A DNA stretch of 64,000 nucleotides, from positions 42,904,001 to 42,968,000 of the forward strand of contig OX597835.1 of the NCBI GenBank assembly GCA_951406725.2. Direction: 5' to 3'. Below, piece by piece: positions 56,862 to 64,000 of this stretch (position 1 is its first letter; the number at the start of each line of letters is the position of its first letter). This DNA is from Octopus vulgaris (Eukaryota). The translations under genes were made by a program, and so were the position numbers. The notes below the pieces were generated by a model. It ran no database searches and was not told where the DNA came from. It was given only the letters and a program-made list of their open reading frames with translations.

Positions 56862-57245
56862 AGGAAGCACTCCGTCGGTTACGACGACTAGGGTTCCGGT
56901 TGATCCGAATCAACGGAACAGCCTGCTCGTGAAATTAACGTGTAAGTGGCTGAGCACTCCACAGACACATGTACCCTTAACGTAGTTCTCGGGGATATTC
57001 AGCGTGACACAGAGAGTGACAAGGCCGGCCCTTTGAAATACAGGTACAACAGAAACAGGAAGTAAGAGTGAGAGAAAGTTGTGGTGAAAGAGCACAGCAG
57101 GGAGCACCACCATCCCTGCCAGAGCCTCGTGGAGCTTTAGGTGTTTTCGCTCAATAAACACTCACAACGCCCGGTCTGGGAATCGAAACCGTGATCCTAT
57201 GACCGCGAGTCCGCTGCCCTAACCACTGGGCCATTGCGCCTCCAC
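56862..57245 (-). mobile_element. SINE family B with 12-bp target-site duplication
   Basis: Reverse-complement full-length copy. TSD agcatctggaaa at 56850-56861 and 57246-57257. Confidence 0.88.
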
Positions 57246-59239
57246 AGCATCTGGAAATAACAGTTCTGTAAACTGAATAAAGACTAAAGAATGAATCAGT
57301 CACTGTGGAAGTGAACCAAAGCTAAAAATGGTAAAATTTTAAACTCAGGAACCTAAATAGAGCTACAGACACGAACATGGAACGAGATTAAACAAAATCA
57401 AGGTATTTGGCAGTTAGACCACAAATAGAAAAATTAATTAACTATCGTTTGGCACCAGGCCAGAAGTGAAATGGAACATGGAAGGTTCCAAGGTTTAGCA
57501 TCTTGTATTTGTTGTGGTTGAGGTTAGTTAAAATAAATTTGATTGTATCGCTGCCAACGTTGCCAATAAAACATCAATATTTTTGATACGATTGTTAGAG
57601 TTTCCTACTTGATTGGCCATTTGGAAATTATCCCTGATTTTCATCCTGTTACTTACCTGTAATCAGACTAATTTAAGATTCTCGACTTGACTCACACTCA
57701 AAGCAGAGTGTGAGAGTACACTCAGTCAAGTTGAGAAAGATCAGGTGGGATATTCTATAACTTTTTTTATAATAATTATGGACAGAGTTAGATCGAGTGT
57801 CAGATGAGGTTGATACCTTCATACGTGGGTTGACCGGTCAAGCAGCCAAGTCATGTGACTTCATGTGGGTGAGGAGAGGGTCAGTAGAAAATGGAGGTAG
57901 TGTCGTTTAGGCTCATGTCAGCCTTGATCCAGTTGATATATGGTCAAGAAATTCCAATTGACCATCATATCCTGGCCACATATCGTCATCATCACCATCA
58001 CCATTACCCTCCTCCTCCTCCTACTCCTCTATCCATCATCATCATCATCATCATCATGACCATCATCATCACCACCATCACCACCACAACCATCATCATC
58101 ATCAGCAGCAGCAGCAGCATCATTTAACGTCCATTTTTCATGCTTGTATCTGTTGGATGGTTTGACCTAACCTGGGTAGGCCAGGAGCCATACCAGGGTC
58201 CACTGTTTGTTTCGGCATGGTCTCTGTGGCTGGATGCCCTTCCTAATCTCAACTGCTCCAAAGAGTGAAACTCTTTTTATGTGGCACCAGCACCAGTCTC
58301 AATTCTGCGGGTGGCGAATGGGTCTTCTTGGATACAGCAATGTACCAGATATCTCGATCCTTTGTCATCTCCTTCATAAGGCTCAGTGTCTTGAGATTGG
58401 CCTTCAGAACCTCATCCGATATCTTCCTGGGTCTCCCTCGACCATGAGTTCCATCCATTTTAAATGATTGGCACTCCTGTATGCAACTGTCAACATCCAT
58501 GCACAAGACTACAATATACATTTGAAACCCCAAAAGCAGAATTAGGGAGACAGCAACAGCCTACCTCATCAGGAAAGAACTACATGAAACTGAGCGCAGA
58601 TTTAGATTTCATAGGACATAGGAAAATAAAGGAAAGCATAACTGGGCACCCAACCATGTCTAGGAGATAACTATGAAAGTAATATTTAAACTTGGATGGT
58701 GCATAGTGGCCTAACCCAGGCGGTAGAGTGTCCTGGAAATGCATACGTTCAAAATAAAATTCACCCGGCGTTGCTCGGGTTTGTAAGGGAAATAACTATA
58801 TAAGCATTTTTAGAGAGTTACTTCCTTTATAGATGCCAATTCGGGCTTTCTTAGCCTTCTTCTTAATCCTCACGCAGCTCAGGTTACCAACAGTTGCAAA
58901 CAATTTACAGCGTAACCTTAACCTTAACCCTAAACCAAACCCCAACCCTAACCCTAACCCTTGTGAGTGGATTTGGTAGACGGAAACTGAAAGAAGCCTG
59001 TTGTATATATATATATATAGTGTAATAAATAAAATATATGCATACATATAAACATATATGTACGTACCTACATCTACATGTATATATACATGCATATATA
59101 AATATATATACGTGTGTACAGGACACCACAAATAGACGTAGAACTCAACGAGAAACGAAAACGTAAAAACAGCATGGAACGGACCATTTTTTTAATAACG
59201 AAAAAACAGAGTACAAGACAACTACACAAGGAAAAATCC

Positions 59240-59298
59240 CCTTCATCAGCCGTCCCTAGTTCAACTCCAGCGTGTTTCGAAGGTCAGGACAGAACACG
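59240..59298 (-). ncRNA. Non-circularly permuted hammerhead-like motif
   Basis: Minus strand reads cgug-UU | cuguccu, ga, ccu-uc-GAAA-cacg, 14 nt, gggacgg-CUGAUGA-agg. All three stems pair. Confidence 0.68.
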
Positions 59299-59305
59299 TC
59301 TCGTC

Positions 59306-59345
<40 letters not shown>

Positions 59346-60025
59346 GTCAACCCCAGTGTGTAACTGGTACTTGTTTCATCGACTGTAAAAGGATAAAAGG
59401 CAAAGTTGACCTAGGCGGAACTTGAACTCAGAATGTAAGGACGGACGAAATGCTGCCAAGCATTTCACCCAGCTTGCTGACAATTCACTTAGCTTGCTGC
59501 CCTAATAATAGTAATATGTGTGTATGTGTGTGAGTGTGTGTGTGAGGAAGTGTATGCATGTGTGTGTGTGTGTGTATGAGTGTATATGAGTGTGTTTATG
59601 TATATGTATTTATTGTACCACCTCCACTGCCACCACCAGCACTAATGACGCCACCTTCAAAACCACCACCACCACCACCACCATTTCTTCAACAACAACA
59701 GTTATGACCTCGTGACCTTGTGACCTTGTACCCAAGCTAGAAACTCGTTATAATCCTCTTCATCAAAACATATCGTTATGATAATCCTTATCAAATGTAA
59801 ACTGGTAATTGTTTTGTAAACTAATAATTATCAATTGACCCCACCACCACCACCACCACCACCACTACTACTACTACTACTACTGCTAATACTACTACTA
59901 CTACAACCACCCATAACACAAACTTCTTTCTTTGTGTCTGTCTGTGTGTCTTTCTTCATAGAATAACATTTACTTACTGATATAGGAACGTGTGTGCGTT
60001 CATATATCTCTTTCTCTCTCTTTCT

Positions 60026-60400
60026 CTCTTTTACTTGTTTCAGTCATTTGACTGCGGCCATGCTGGAGCACCGCCTTTAGTCGAGCAAATCGACCCCAGG
60101 ACTTATTCTTTGTAAGCCCAGTACTTATTCTATCGGTCTCTTTTGCCAAACCGCTAAGTGACGGCGACGTAAACACACCAGCATCGGTTGTCAAGCAATG
60201 CTAGGGGGACAAACACAGACACACAAGCATACACACACACATATATATATATACATATATATACGACAGGCTTCTTTCAGTTTCCATCTACCAAATCCAC
60301 TTGGCCCGGGGCTATCGTAGAAGACACTTGCCCAAGATGCCACGCAGTGGGACTGAACCCGGAACCATGTGGTTGGTAAAGCAAGCTACTTACCACACAG
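60026..60400 (-). mobile_element. SINE family A, first of tandem copies extending to about 61025
   Basis: Reverse-complement match. Further copies at about 60405-60758 and 60948-61025. Confidence 0.8.
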
Positions 60401-60764
60401 ATTCCTTTACTTGTTTCAGTCATTTGACTGTGGCCATGTTGGAGCATTGTCTTTACTCGAACAAATCGAAAACAGGACTTATTTTTTGTAAGCCTCGTAC
60501 TTATTCTATCGGTCTCTTTTACCAAACTGCTAAGTTACAGGGATGTAAACACACCAGCATTGGTTGTCAAGCGATGGGAGTGGGGGACAAACACAAACAC
60601 ACAAACACACACACACATATATATGACAGGCTTCTTTCAAACTTTGGTTGGCTGGAGGCTACAGTAGAAAATATTTGCCCAAGGTGTCACACAGTAGGAC
60701 TGAACCCAGAACCATGTGGCTGAGAAGCAAGCTTCTTACGACACAGCCACTCCTGTGCAAATAC

Positions 60765-60797
<33 letters not shown>

Positions 60798-61209
60798 TGT
60801 ATGTATGTATGTATGTATGTATGTATGTATGTATGTGTGTGTGTATGTATGTATGTATGTGTGTGTGTATGTATGTATGTAATTGTGTGTGTGTGTGTGT
60901 ACTCCCTCTCTCACACACACACACACTCACACACACTCGCATGCGTGTGACAGGCTTCTTTCAGTTTCTGTCTACCGAATCAACTCACAGGATTTGGTCA
61001 GCCTGGGGCTATAGTAGTTGATACTTGGCCATGATAGCAAACCTGAAACCACAGGGCTGGCACCGATGGATCAAGACTGACCAGACAATACCGCCTTCTG
61101 GTTTACATCGTCCACTTTCCTCTAAGACTCGCCAGACCCCAATAATTGACTGCTACAAATTTAAGGGTCCACACAACAATGCCCAATACACCAACAGACC
61201 CCACTTATA

Positions 61210-61745
61210 TAAGGTGTTCAAAAAGTCTCTCTACAGTGTTTTTATTTCATCCTGACTCTCCAAGAGTCAGACTCTCCAAGATGTATTTCAAAACATGTGT
61301 AGAAGAGTCAACTTATGTATTGAAAATGAAGGACAACACTTTCAACACCTCTTAAAAAGATTTTTCAAGTCTTGTAAAGTCTTTTCCAAATACTGTTGTT
61401 CTACATCGTGACACTGCGGGATTTGATAAGAAAATTTAGAAACACAAGCTCAGTGGAAGACACAGCAAGAAGGCCTACTGTTCTTTCAGACGAAACATTC
61501 TCCAATATTTCTGATAAAATGCTGGCAAACCCACCAAACCCCTTACGCAAATTGTCACAGGAAACAGACCATCAGCCTAGAAAGGGCTCACATGGCAATA
61601 AAAAGGAAATTAAATTTTTACACCTCTTATAAAGTTCTTTAACGTCTTGTACAATCTAATCTATTGTTTTGTAGTCTTATACCATCTTATAAATATTTAT
61701 TTTGCAATAAAATACTTACTGCGGAGAAACTTTTTGAACACCCTG
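61210..61745 (+). mobile_element. Internally deleted Tc1/mariner-like element
   Basis: TIRs aaggtgttcaaaaagt / actttttgaacaccctg|ta. Internal HTH-like remnant IRKFRNTSSVEDTARRPTVLSDE. Confidence 0.65.
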
Positions 61746-61895
61746 TATTACTGCTATGATAAAAAAAGAGGACTAAAAGGGTCACAGATATTCTGCAGAG
61801 GTCTAACTTTGCTGTTGGAGAAATTTGGTTCTTTACATTTTGATTATGAGGTGGAGGCACTCAAAAATGCCAGTAGCAAGTTCAAATTTGTAAAT

Positions 61896-62056
61896 AGGAG
61901 TGGCTGTGTGGTAAGTAGCTTGCTTACCAACCATATGGTTCCGGGTTCAGTCCCACTGTGTGGCACCTTGGGCAAGTGTCTTCTACTATAGCCTTGGGCT
62001 GACCAAAGCCTTGTGAGTGGATTTGGTAGATGGATGGAAACAGAAAGAAGCCCGTC

Positions 62057-62131
<75 letters not shown>

Positions 62132-62362
62132 CGTGTGTGTGTATACGTTTGTGTGTCTGTGTTTGTCCCTCCGACATCGCTTGACAACCAATGGTGGTGT
62201 GTTTACATCCTCATAACTTAGCGGTTCGGCAAAAGAGACCGATAGAATAAGTACTAGGCTTCCAAAGAATAAGTCCCGGGGTCGATTTGTTCGACTAAAG
62301 GCGGTGCTCCAGCATGGCCACAGTCAAATGACTGAAACAAGTAAAAGAGTAAAAGAGAGTAA
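61896..62362 (+). mobile_element. SINE family A
   Basis: Full-length copy. Confidence 0.85.
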
Positions 62363-64000
62363 AGAGACCAAAATCCATTGCTGCTTGGCACTCCCCCCTC
62401 AAGATTCTTCTGAGAGTCGGCTGCCAATTTTCGCAACCAACTGATGTACAAAGACTGCAATAACATAAGAAAGATTGTCTCTTCTATCAGCTTGTGGCAC
62501 CACCATTCGGTTTCTGTGATAAAGAGGAGATAATCACTCCAAAATGCTTGCATCTTACAGTCTGGATAGGTGGCGCTGCCAGCTGATTTTGGTGTGTTTA
62601 CACCATTTGTCTACAGTATTGGTTCCCAAATTTTTTTTTCAGGCTGCAGCCCCCTTGGTTCTAAGGTCATATTCCTAGTGCCCCTCCCCCACCCCACTCA
62701 CCATCACTAACATACCCTATTTCCCATGGCAAATTCAAAACAACAATATTTCACAAATAAATCTTAACCTATTTAACTCTTTATTTTGTTTTTTTTGTTG
62801 TTTTTTTTTTACATCCATTGCCCCATTTTGGTCACCTCATTATCGACCCATCATTCTTCAACACCCCCTGGACCTTTCCACTACCCCAAGGGTGGTGGGA
62901 AGGGGCAGAACCACCCACTTTGGGACTCACTGGCAAGAAATTTTCTCCATGGCAAAACACAGTGTGAATGGCCTGTGTTTTACACATTCAAACTTGCCAC
63001 TGGGCAGATTTGAGCTGATTGCATTTATATACTGAGTTCAAATCCTGCTGAAGTCAACTTCCACCTTCCATCTTTCTGGGGTCGATAAATTAAAGGACCA
63101 GTCAAGCACTTTAAGTCAATGATATCAACCAACCCAGTGCCCCACACCCTGAAAAATATTGCCGGCCTTGTGTCTAAATCAGAAGTTATTGTTTGTTCTT
63201 GTCTTTGTTGTTTTTATTGTTGTCACTTATGTTATCACCATTGTCGTTACTATTATTAATATTATTATTTTTGTTGTTGTTGCTGTTGTTTTGTTGCTTG
63301 TTTGTTTTGTTATTGCTGTTTGCAGATATTTATCTCCTTTCTCTGCAATGAGTCAGCAACAAACAAACCACCACCACCACCACCATCCACCACCACCACC
63401 ACCACCACCACCACCACCACCACCATCCACCACCACCATCCATCACCATCCACCATCATCCACCACCACCACCACCATCCTCCAACACCACCACCATCCA
63501 CCACCACCACCACCACCACCACCACCACCACCATCCTCCACCACCATCCACCACCATCCACCACCACCACCACCACCATCCACCACCACCACCACCATCC
63601 ACCACCACCACCACCATCCACCATCCTTCACCACCACCACAACCATCCACCACCAGCACCACCATCCACCACCACCACCACCATCCACCACCACCACCAC
63701 CACCACCACCATCCACCACCACTGTCAACAACAATGATAATAATGACAACATCATCATCACTCCCCACCACCATCCTCCACCACCACCACCATCCTCCAC
63801 CACCACCATCACCATCTCCACCACCACTGTCACCATCATCAACTGCATCATCAACAGCATCAACTGCAGTGCATCAACTGCAGTTTGGAGGTAATTGTTA
63901 ACGATGTAATTAGCTGTTTGTTATAATTAATCTCTCTCAAGACGACACAATATACTCATAGAATTGATGCAACATGCAATGTGCGACATGCAACAGGTGC

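Noticed and set aside
59240-59298. HDV-like ribozyme reading of ggctgatgaagg
   Set aside because: No P3/L3 module of the right size or sequence. The permuted hammerhead reading explains all pairings in all three copies.

Overview
Eukaryotic, AT-rich, microsatellite- and SINE-saturated DNA. The repeat landscape points to an octopus genome (inference). Almost all ORFs in the supplied track are microsatellite or SINE artefacts. The real coding content is on the minus strand. (1) A complete 8-coding-exon synaptotagmin-12-like gene spans 51914 to 27789; it has a 1236-nt CDS (411 aa), all GT-AG introns, matching phases, and a TM + C2A + C2B layout lacking most Ca2+-binding aspartates. (2) The first coding exon of an unidentified secreted or membrane-protein gene (signal peptide, 1215-1287) continues off the left edge. 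The rest is tRNA-derived SINEs, RTE-like and R4/Dong-like LINE remnants, piggyBac-like and Tc1/mariner-like MITEs, and tandem repeats. The most notable signal is a set of hammerhead ribozyme motifs in small, probably Penelope-like elements, mostly beside (TA)n. Two apparently intact type I hammerheads lie in sense orientation in SYT12 introns and several decayed ones occur elsewhere. Three copies (3464-3525 +, 5789-5848 +, 59240-59298 -) have their strands in a non-circularly permuted, pseudoknotted order, with compensatory helix changes and conserved spacing.
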